From NCBI RefSeq assembly GCF_009914755.1, contig NC_060934.1: a stretch of 64,000 nucleotides of DNA. One strand, given 5' to 3'. Of this stretch, positions 15,620-26,027 are shown in pieces. Under the pieces are notes generated by a model that searched no databases, was not told the DNA's origin, and saw nothing but the letters and a program-made list of their open reading frames with translations. A program made the translations under genes and the position numbers. Numbering within the stretch: position 1 is the stretch's first letter; every line of letters begins with the position of its first letter. This stretch comes from the human T2T-CHM13v2.0 reference genome, Homo sapiens.

Positions 15620-17252
15620 ATTCCATTGCTACCCAAGGACCCTGGACACAGAGCTGAGACTCTGTCCCACTGGTCCTCTCCCCAGGAAGCCACATTATGA
15701 AGCTAGCCGCAAGCTTGGGAAGGAGGTGGTGGTGGCAGAACTCAGAAAGGCCAAGTGTGAGCCTAGGCAGGGCTTCATTTCAAACTGATGGGACCTGTAC
15801 ATGAAATGGAACTGTATGATTCAAGAGAAGGCTGAGGGGGGGTTCCAAAGTGATTCAGTCCCATGTGCGGGCTGCTTTACCCAGTGACAACACTTCCGAA
15901 AGGATTCAGAAGAGACAAGATACTAACTTGCTGTCCCCAGTTAGCAGTAAGGTGGAAGCTCCTAAAAGGGCCAGGTCGGGAATGGGATATACAGAGGCAA
16001 CAATTGATTTGCATTAGTTGAGGCTGCTGTGACCCAGCGGGAACACATAAATGGATGACAAGTGAGTGTCACTTGGTTAGCGCTCAGAAAAAAACAAATG
16101 TAAGCTATTATTTTGAGAAATGTTCAGAATGCACTCTGGGTTCAGCAGTTTTCTGCTCAGGTTCTTGTCCCTGTTTAGAGGTTGTTCACCAACCGATCAG
16201 AAAACACTTCCTGTGTTGAGGGGGTGGGAGGAGGGGGAATATTAAAAAACTGCTAATTGAGAATTAGGGTTGAAACACCCTAATCAGGAAGAAATGCTTC
16301 AATGGAAACAATCATCATCCACCTGAATCAATACCGCCATCTAGAAATATTGGTGTCCACACACCTCAGTTTAATCCATGAACAAACATCTGTTTTCCAT
16401 TGTAAAGAGCTAAGCTCAGCCTTGTTAATACAATGTCACATGCTACCAAAAAAAAAAAAAATTAACAGACAAATATTTTGAATTATTCTGTCATTTTGAT
16501 GTAATAAACATTTCAGCTGAGACAGCAAGACCGGGTATTTTAATTATGTCAGCATATAATAATTAAATCTGGCCTTACTCGCCTTTGGGTATATTTTTAA
16601 ACAAAAACAAACACAAAACTTCTGTATATGCACTCAGTAGCTTTTAATGTTAAGCACATATTTGGCAACGTGTACCCGTTAAGTGGGCTGTCATCACTAA
16701 TTTCTTTGGTACCTGTGTGATAACATCAGCCAAGAGGAACTATAGTGGATATAACACAAAAGTGTGGGTTTATTTCTTTATCAATCAGCAGCTGTGAAAA
16801 GATTTATAATTTCCCTCTCACTGACATCACTGGGCAGGTAAAGCAGGCAGCCCCGTTGGCTTTGATGAAAGGATATTACCCAGCGTATGGAGTTAACACA
16901 GGTGACAGTTGTAATATCTTTTCCCTGATGTCAGTTACAGCTGTTGTACCATTTCAGGCATGTCGGGAAAGTAGAGATGTTTAAACAGAAGAAGAATGCT
17001 CAGAAAGTCATCAAAAGGACATTTTTTCCTATGCCATTCACTCTTGGTGCTATTTAATAAAAATGATTTAAAGAAATTCATTTTTTTTTTCTCAGCAGCT
17101 ATTCAGATCATAAGCTGCTTTTTCTTTCCTTTTAAGCTTTGATAAGAATAACCCGGCATTTTTTAAGATTCTAAAGGCAAGTCCAGTCTCTTCCTTCCCT
17201 CCCCGCTCTTCAAGTTCCTGATGCGCGAAGATCTGAGAAAAGGGCCACAGGT

Positions 17253-17680
17253 TGACGTCATGTTTCTGGCTGCATTCTGGCAGGCCACGGCAGCATCCAG
17301 AATGTGTATGCGGAAACCTTCTCAGAGAAGGATAAAAAAGTGGAAGGATTTCAAACCCCCTGCCCAACACACACTCCAGGCAATTACCTCAGACCGTCTC
17401 TTGGGGTCTCAGGATCAAAACTGTGCCTGAGGCAATTGACCCGACTTGAAAAAAATCCTTGAATTTTGGAAGTGACATGCCAAAGTCGTGGCTCCATTCC
17501 ATGTGGCTGAAACATCTGCGTGAGTAGAGGAGTCCCCCACTCCCAAACAAGAAGCGACTGTGGGGAGAAAGGGGGGATCTGATGGAATCTCAAGGGTCTC
17601 CCAGGCAGCCTGCTCTCCTGCCTGAGTGGGGAAATGTCCCATCAGCAGGGGACACTCAGGAGAAGGCTGGGGGGATTTCC
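17253..17680. promoter_or_regulatory. Full CRE plus NF-kB motifs
   Basis: TGACGTCA at 17253-17260; GGGGATTTCC at 17671-17680; near-consensus site at 17628-17640. Confidence 0.4.
17388..17557 (-). ncRNA. Candidate 170-nt internal lncRNA exon
   Basis: Strong acceptor tcccccctttctccccacag and donor GAG|GTAATT. Confidence 0.45.
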
Positions 17681-19223
17681 AAAGCCATTCAGTCCCGGGT
17701 GCGGGCTGCTTCAGCCAGTGGAAGCCACTTCCAAAAGGTTTCTATTAGACCTAGACATTCGTGAGTAATTATCAAGTATTGATAAAAGCACAAATTCAAT
17801 GAACTCTATAACGTAGAACCCTCTGCTACTGGGCTCATTGTAATCACTGAACAGATTATTTCCTTTGCTTTTAATGCTCATGCAGACACACTCACACAGA
17901 CCCACAGTGGATCTTTTTTGTGTGTTATTTCCTGAACCCAGAGCTCTCACACACCGTCAGATACCTCCTGTTGGGCAGCCACATCACCGTACTTTCTCTT
18001 CTCTGGTTCTGCCCCTGATGTGCCTCATACTCAGACCGTTGGTCATTTGATGCAGTCAGAGACCAGGCCCCTTGCCTGCAATTTTTATACCAAGTGTTGA
18101 AATGGGAGAACCTCAGACATCAAAGTCTCAACTGCTCTCCCACAATTGGCTGTTTCAGAAATAGTTCATTCAAAGAGCCCTGTTACATCGGAGCAAGCAT
18201 TTGCTGACTCACTCAGGGAGCCCACAAACTTCCAGGAAGTTTGGTTGGCAATAGACACTGGCTAACAAAACCAAGGCAATTGTTTTTCCATTATTTCATT
18301 ACCGGCCGGCAGAGAGAACAACCAAAATAGGAATTTCTCCTTCGACATGAAGTCATGGAGACCGCAGTGAGATGGCCCGGTGCTGTCGCCACCTGGATAC
18401 CTCAAGTTATTTCAGATGTTGCTTGGTCTAAGCTCATGAATATCCTCTAACAATCTTTACCCCTTGCTGCCAGCTGTATCATTGAAGAATTGTTTTAGAC
18501 CAGAACCGAAACACACTCAGATGTAAATAAATCTATTCCAGAACAGAATTTAATGATTGAAGTTACAACGGTAAATTCTATTTAGAATTTTCCAAAACCT
18601 CAAAGTATTCCCTGAAGTCTGATTTTAATAACAGAATTCAAAAAATGGGTAACCAATTCCTGAGAGAAATATAAGGGACAGCAGTTACAATTCTTCAGGG
18701 CTTTACTTTCATATGAATTATAACATAATTACATTATATTTCTGCTAACATATTTCATAACAGAAAAGAAATACTGGCTCTCTGAATTCTTTTCTCAGCA
18801 TTGAAGGACGGTTACAACATTAACAGGCCAAGAAAAAAAAGTTAGTTAAACAGAAACCCAAACCTTAGTTTCCAGCCTTGTCCTGAGCCTGCTGCCCAGA
18901 GGAAAGACCAGCTCACACCAGCTATCACATATTCCTACCTTAATTCTCCATCCTAGCCACCTTAGTTAAGACCTGTTCTCAGAAATACATGACTCAGAGG
19001 CATTTCCTCTCAAGCTGATGTTTATTTATTCTTTAGATTTTTAAGGCTGGGCATTGGATTTGCAAAGGGTATGAGGCTCTTTGTGGGCATTTTTGAAGGT
19101 TGGCTCCATCTAAGCATTCTCTCTTTAAATATCAGCCAACATAAATCTAAAAAATGTCATAGAACAGTCTAGAAGTGGTTGGGCCCTGAGTTTAAATGAT
19201 TGATTACAGAAAATTAAAACATT

Positions 19224-19366
19224 AGCCTGATGAATTTTTGCATTTTTTGTAGAGACAGGGTTTCATCATGTTGCCAGGCCAGTCTTGAACTCCTGGGCTC
19301 AAGTGATCCTTCCATCTCAGCCTCCCAAAGTGCTGAGATTACAGGCATAAGCCACCATACATAGCC
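19224..19366 (-). mobile_element. Alu left monomer / FLAM
   Basis: Single-arm Alu homology. Confidence 0.85.
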
Positions 19367-19912
19367 ATGTGCAGGATCTTTATCTGGGAAAGACTGTCCT
19401 TAACTAATATCATAGATTTGATTTAAATGTTTTCTAAAAAATCACTTAAAGTGTAAACAGAAATTCAGTGTAACATCCTGGAAGAGGTCTAATGAGTTCA
19501 AGAAAGCAGAAATTAACCTGAAGGTAAGCTTGTCACCCTGCTGAAATGGTTTCTGAGCGTGAGAAGCACATAAAAGGAAGGAGTTTATGAAGCACCTTAT
19601 TTATGTTGGCTGATTTTTGCTGTACCAGCACCCATGAGTTCAATGGTCTTGTGTAGCACTCACTACAGAGCTGAGGGATTACAGGAGGACCAACTCACAG
19701 CCCCTGTGCTCTTAGGTTTCCCAAGACAGTCCTAACTTCCACCTCTGCTTAGAATAGGAAACACTCATGGTGTGTTTAATTTAGGCTAGTCATTATTCTA
19801 AGCATTCAACACTCACTGGCTTATTCAATTCCACTAACAACCCTATGAAGGGAGCACTATAATTATCTGCATTTTGTGGTTAAGGAAACAAAGGCAAGGT
19901 TAAATAACTCGC

Positions 19913-20552
19913 TGTGCCAGATATTGATTATATTCTCTCTCACCTCCAAATTCACCCTTTTTGCCTGCTCTGTTAAAATGGATCCAGGCCCTTTAAGTAT
20001 TTTCCCTTTGCCAGCTGATACAATGTTAGGCTTTGTCAGTAGAGAGAGCTAGAGAGAAACTGCAGGAGAAAAGGGTGCTGCTTCCCAGAGACAGTGCATT
20101 TGCTCAGCCAGCTCCAGCACCAGGCCCTGCAGGTAGCATGTGACCAGCAGCACTCATGGCCAGCTGCTTCCCCAGCCCCCTCCCTGAGGTGGTATTTTAG
20201 CAGTGTCACCAAGGAGACAGTTCTCTGTGGATCCTAGAGGGCAGATCTCTGGCAAGTTCCAGAAAGACTTGTAGATTCTCAACAAGTTCCATTGGCACAC
20301 CACCACAGAAACTTCTCCACCACCTGCCGAGACACTGTGGTTCCCTCTCAGCCCAGGGCTAGGAGGAAGACTCTTCCTAGGACTCCTTGCATCTGCTGTA
20401 CCCACCTATATTCTTCAGGGCTATCTTTACAACTTACTAGCCAACCTTTTGCTACTCTAATCTGCTATTAAGGTTAATGATTAAACATATTAAACATTTC
20501 CATTCAAATGACTGTGTGGTTTCTCTCTCCTAGTTGGACCCAGACTGACACT
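19913..20552 (+). mobile_element. ERVL-class solo LTR inserted into a MIR
   Basis: Ends tgtgtggtttctctctcc..ggacccagactgacact; 5-bp TSD ctcgc/cttgc; MIR core ggttaaataactcgc|ctgagggcacag is split by it. Confidence 0.7.
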
Positions 20553-21196
20553 CTTGCCTGAGGGCACAGACCAGGGAGCAGCAATCAATACTGGACACCA
20601 GGCAGCTTCCACGCTTGACAGTGTTGCCAGACCCTCGCGTGGGCAGGAGGGCACAGGTCTGATGCCGTGTGTGCTGATGTGAGATCTCTAATTCATACTG
20701 GAGGGCAAGGCAGAGAGGGCACGTGTCAGGAGAGAACCCCAGGGTAGAGTTTTAAACAGTTTGCAGCAGATATGTAAAAGAAAGGCATTTCAGAAAGAGG
20801 GGACAGTATGTACAGCAGCGGGAGGAGGGAAGGAAGGGTGACAACTTCAGGGAAGGGACAGAGGTATCACCAAGCTCCTGCTTCATCCCTAAACCTTTTG
20901 TTTCATTCCCAGGGAGAATCCTAGTAAGATTTAGAGTCTGCAGGATCCTAAATCTTGTTCTCAATGGTTTTACCAGCTTTTCTCTTACCAGCTCTCTAGG
21001 AGGCAACATTATCCACTGGAGCATCTAGAAGCACAAGTACTTCCATGATGGTCAGAGGCAGAAGAGGATGCGGAGCAGGTCAGTGGTGCCTGCTGGGTCT
21101 TGGGCAGCATTTTATACCTTATGTTATCTATCCTGGCCACCTACTTCATAACAGAATATATAACAGAGAAATACTTGAATTTTTATAATAATTGCA

Positions 21197-21202
21197 TTTA
21201 TT
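21197..21202 (-). terminator. C10orf90 polyadenylation signal AATAAA; 3'UTR about 22041-21178
   Basis: AATAAA on minus strand followed ~25-50 nt later by a U/GU-rich tract (tatttctctgttatatattctgtt). Confidence 0.7.
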
Positions 21203-22041
21203 TCCATTTGTGTTGTAAAAACTAGCTTGTTCTTAGCTTCCCAAACAGACATATTTATAAATAATGTGTATTATAAACATTTGGAAGAACAGACAGCAAA
21301 GTTGGACCATTAGGCTATTTCTTAACAAAAGAACTGTTTTAATGGGGCGGGGCAGGAGGAGTATTGTAGAAAACACTGAAGTTACGTCAGAGCTTCCATA
21401 GAAATGGATTCTTTTCTCTGGTGAGGAATGGGGCGGGGTGACTGAGGGCCCTCTGACTGCTCCAGGTCACAAAGAGATGGGCTGATTGTTCCACAGCCTC
21501 GGGCATTGCACCCACCGGTTTCCAAGTCAGCCTCTAGCATTGGGTGGTGTACATGTTCAGAAAGGTTTCAAATATACTATATGATGACCCACATTTTGGC
21601 ATTTGCATAACTGGCAGGTGCTGAGATTGAAATTTAAAAGGAGATGGATTTGGATCCCAAAAGTTTGATGTAAAAGATTCCCCAGGGATGTAAACAAACT
21701 TGCTTGTATCAGGCCTCTCTGATGGGCAGGAAACAGCAGGGGAGAAGAAATCAGAAGCAAAAGGTACAATTTAGAAGCAAAAACATTAAGGGGACTGTAT
21801 CCAGTGGGTTACATGGAGGTGGTTTCCCCACAACAGATTGTTGACCTATTTTCTCGAGGGTTATTGTTTCTGTTTGGCTTGGGTCAGTAATTCAGGAAGT
21901 GATGTTTTCCTTTATGGAAAAAAAAAATCGAAAGTAAAATAAGTGTTTTCCCATGATGAAGATAATGCTAAGTTTAATGGCTTATCCAGCATTCGAAGTC
22001 CTCCCAGGTCCAGGTAGTGTGGTCAGCAGGGCAGCCTGTGG

Positions 22042-22080
22042 TTAGACCGCATTCCTTTGAAGGAGCTGGTCCAGTAATTG
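22042..22080 (-). CDS. C10orf90: C10orf90 last coding segment QLLDQLLQRNAV*
   Basis: Acceptor tttcccttttcctctag after an 88-nt intron; TAA stop at 22044-22042. Confidence 0.92.
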   Translation of the reverse strand, partial: QLLDQLLQRNAV

Positions 22081-22168
22081 CTAGAGGAAAAGGGAAACAA
22101 AGATGTCAAGTTGAGATTCGGCATCTGTGCACCACACACATCACACCTGCTGGTGACGAGGCCATTAC

Positions 22169-22268
22169 CTTTTTGAAGACTTCGGCACGGAGTCTGTTAC
22201 TTTGTAAGATCACCCTTTTCCTTTGTTCTTCTTTTTTCTTTTTAACTTCCGGCAAGTTATCATAGATT
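22169..22268 (-). CDS. C10orf90: C10orf90 coding exon, 100 nt (IYDNLPEVKKKKEE...AEVFKK)
   Basis: Acceptor tctgtttcag, donor AAG|GTAATG; phase 2 in, phase 0 out; RIYxxLPEV core of the ALMS motif. Confidence 0.94.
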
Positions 22269-23551
22269 CTGAAACAGATTCGGAAAACATTTGGAATGGT
22301 AGCTTGACAGCGTGCTCCCGCTGTGGGGCTGCATCCTGTCTTGACGGCAGGCTCTTACATTTCAAAGAGAAGATCGCTGCTTATGGGCTAGCTCACAACT
22401 GTAGGATGCCAGGACGAAGGGCTTTCCTGACCATACCCAGAACCTGCTGCATAGCAGGGGATGGCACCTTGTCCAGTGCTACGTGGGGCAATGCAACAGG
22501 CAGAGTCCCACCAGGGGCAAAGCTGGAGAGGCCAGTTGCTTATTTAGAAGTCATTGTTTTTGTCCTTCCATTCTCTATGATAATTAATGACTTAATCGTA
22601 AAATGAAGGATTCTAAACCTACTGCTTTAGCATTCTGATTGTAAACTTGTTTCCAAATACCTTCTTACCACTCAATGTTTGCCTTCCTGTGACTTAGAAA
22701 AGGAACAGCATATAAATAGAAATAGCAGGACTTATAATACTGTAATAAAACACATATAAGTGTGTGTGTTTTTACCTCTCAACCTATTGCACTTTGAATT
22801 AAGGGCCCAGGGGATCTTCCTCTGGACACTTCTTTCCTACTTTCTAACAGCAACTTCATGGACTGATGCCAGTTAATATTTCATTATAATCCACTGACAC
22901 AGTGGAGTCACTGTAGCCTGAGTATTTGGATTGCTGTACGTGTGGCACTCAGCTAAAACATCTTTCTCTCTCTCGTGTTTGAAAGCCAGATATGATATAG
23001 TGAAGATGTTCCACCATTAAAATAATAAGGACAATGTAGAAAAAATCATGATGACAATCTTCGCAGGAGACATCTTAGGTATTGGACACTAGGCTTGAAT
23101 TACTTGACATGAATTATTTCATTTCATATTCACCACAGTTGGAAGAGGCATATCGTGTCCCACTGTTATATAAATGAGAAACCCAAGCCCCAGTAAGATT
23201 AGGAGACTTGTATAAAGCCCCTAGGCTGGGATTCAAACCTTGGTCTGTTTGACTCTTTCTAGACAACACTGTCACCCAACCATAATATGGCATCAAGCTA
23301 CTTGTGAGATCCGGGAAATGCTTGTGCCTAGTACAGTGCCTAGCACTCTGTAGGCATCAAGATGGGTTGAATGAATGCATGAAGAAAAGAACACATAATT
23401 GCCACATTCAGGAGTGATTCTAGGAAGGACTAGGAGAGAAAACTATAAAGGAGTCAGTTAGAAAGTAGGCATGTCTCAAAGCTCTGCAGTGGGAATTTCC
23501 TCAGATCCATATAGACTGATCTTTCTGATACTGACCATCTCAATCAGCTGG

Positions 23552-24116
23552 CAGAGTGGTTAATATTAGGTGTCAACTTGATTGAATTGAAGGATGCCTG
23601 GATGGCTGATAAAGTCTTATTTCTGGGTGTGTCTGTGAGGGTGTTGCCAGAGGAGATTGGCATTTCAGTTGGTGCACTGGAAGAGGAAGACCTACATTCA
23701 GTGTGGGTGGGCACCATCTAATCAGCTGCCAGCGTGGCTGGAATAAAGCAGGAGGAAGAAGGCAGGATAACCTTGCTTGCTGTGTCTTCTGGCTTCCTTC
23801 TTTTTCCATGCTAGATGCTCCTCCTCCCGCCCCTCCTGCCGTTGGACATCAGACTCCAGATTCTTCGGCCTCTGGACTCTTGGGCTTGCACCGGGGGCTC
23901 TCAGGCCTTCAGCCACAGACTGAAGCCTATGCTGTTGGTTTCTCTGGTTTTAAGGCTTTTGACTTGGACTGAGCCACTACTGGCTTCTCTCTTCCCCAGC
24001 TTGCGTATCATGGGACTTTGCCTTGTGATTGTGTGAGTCAATTCTCCCGAATAAACTCCCTTTTATATACATATATCCTATTAGTTCTGTCCCTCTGGGG
24101 AACCGTAACTAATATA
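23552..24116 (+). mobile_element. MLT2A-like (HERVL) solo LTR, antisense to C10orf90
   Basis: ggttaatattaggtgtcaacttgattg...tcctattagttctgtccctctgg..aactaata signature; TSD gctgg/cctgg. Confidence 0.88.
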
Positions 24117-24189
24117 CCTGGGAAGTATAAAATAAAGGCTCCTAGGTCCCACCTCTGTTACTTCTGATTCAGTGTTTTCTTAAAAGAAC

Positions 24190-24590
24190 ATCCCAAATAA
24201 ATCATGGTCCATCTATACGATGGACCACTCTGCAGACAGTCAAAACCGACAAAGAAAATAATCTATCTATTCGTCACAGAAGGGGCTCACAGACATAAAG
24301 TGAAAAGCAAGCTACCGAGAGATAGTGTGTAGTATGATACCATTCATGGTTAAAAATCACATAGCTATATATGCACAAATAAAAGTCTACTTTAAGGCAA
24401 AGAGAAAGGCCTGACAGGATACTCAGGAGATATCACTGTGGGTGTCTGGGGAGCTGGGACTGGGGTAGGGAAAGTGGGCTGGGAACAGGGAGGGGAACTG
24501 CTGGTCATGAAGAGACTTTAGCTTTATCTCCATTGTTTGCATTTTTAACATAAAAATGTAATTTAACGATATAATTAATAGCAAAGAATA
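24190..24590 (+). mobile_element. Old L1M 3'-end fragment
   Basis: aaataaatcatggtccatc...gtgaaaagcaag..tagtatgataccattc resembles L1ME 3'UTR. Confidence 0.5.
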
Positions 24591-25963
24591 CAAAGAAAAG
24601 AAAGCTCCAGGTGATTCTGTGGGTGAGCCAGAGTCAGAGCCCACCCAAAGTACAATCCACAGAGCAGAGTGCAAACCCAGCTGCTAAATCCACCAGAGGA
24701 GACCAGCTGGGGGAAGCCAGTTACTTGAGGTGCAACATCACCTAGCTCACTCGTCCTCTTTGAGCCTCAGTTTCCTCTTCAGTAAAATGATAGGGCAATA
24801 CTCTCTGACTACTCACGCTGCTTTGAGATCTATTATTTTAATGCTTAGTTTGCAAGGCTCCGTAATGGTGGCTTTGGGTTTGGGGACTGGGAGGGGAGGA
24901 TTTGGCTGAAATTTTTCAGTAAATTGAAAAGGGAATGGTTCTGGCATGAGGTATATGCAACTTTGCACTTCTGAAATAGCAAGTCTTAAAGCCCAGTGGC
25001 CCTTTAAAAACTCCAATTAGAATGCTACGAATCAGGTCTTTAATGGGACGGTCTCCCTTTTCCTCATTTTCGCTTCCTTATTTACAAAGAGGCCTCCAAT
25101 AAATGATCAAAGTTACCTAATCACCATGGAAACAATATAATCATAGTAAAAGCAGAAATTGTATGCCTGAAGTGGGGAGAAAAGTATTCTCCCTATTTCA
25201 ATGGTTTCTTTAAGTGCGCTATCAATTTGATTTAATTATGATAATTCCTCCCTGTGCTAGACACTTTATTATAAACTAATGACATTTTACTTGCATGAAC
25301 TTGGCCAATGCTGCTGAGCTATTATATTTTGGTTAAGAGGCCAGATCTCAGAAAGAATGGCAGCCTTTGTGTACATCAGATTGGTGAGAATTAGTGGGAG
25401 TCTTGAACAGCCACCAGCCAAGCAGAATAAGGAGGATGTGTTGGCAGCATGGCCGCCAGGTCTGCTGGAGACAGAGTACCAGGAAACCTAGCTCACGGCC
25501 CCACTGAGGCTCCACTGGCTCCCAGGTGCCATCTGCCTCCAAGGTTGGATCCTTTCCTTCAGTCCCTGCCACAGTCCAGACCCTTAGGAGAAATAGTTTC
25601 TCTCCTCCTCATAAAGTTACCTTCAAAGGTGCAGTGACAAATAGCTCCTGCCCAGAGCAACAATACTAATATGCAGGAGTTCCAGCTCAGAGTCTGGGAA
25701 TCTCTTAGAGACCAATTACTGGATTGGTTCAGAATCCAAGACCTACCACTTTCCTAAGGTTTTTCCAAGAGCAGCATTAACATTCAAAAGCACATTTCAA
25801 CTACCGTACTTATTTTAGCCGTTTTTTCAGATTTGCAGCCAAAAAGACCTCAGACCTTAAACATGGACCTAGAAGCAGTGGTCCCATTGGAGGGCACCTG
25901 AAGCCATCAAACCACCCTACTCCCCCCACCAACTTCTTTGCACACCATACAATAACCAAGTAC

Positions 25964-26027
25964 CTCTTAGATCGCATATGCATCTCCTTCTCTGAAATGC
26001 ACCGTTCTTTGGGTTTGAACAAGTTAT
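25964..26027 (-). CDS. C10orf90: C10orf90 coding exon, 64 nt (DNLFKPKERCISEKEMHMRSKR)
   Basis: Acceptor ttttttccag, donor GAG|GTACTT; phase 1 in, phase 2 out; ALMS-motif-like EKEM..RSKR. Confidence 0.93.

Larger units (their letters stand above)
10040..18050 (-). ncRNA. LINC00601: Probable lncRNA locus downstream of C10orf90 (LINC00601 by recalled position); boundaries approximate
   Basis: Recalled gene order ADAM12-LINC00601-C10orf90; a well-formed minus-strand exon at 17388-17557 and AATAAA(-) at 10087-10092. Confidence 0.35.

Noticed and set aside
16263-16284. Small hairpin ATTAGGGT-N6-ACCCTAAT
   Set aside because: An 8-bp stem is expected by chance in 64 kb.
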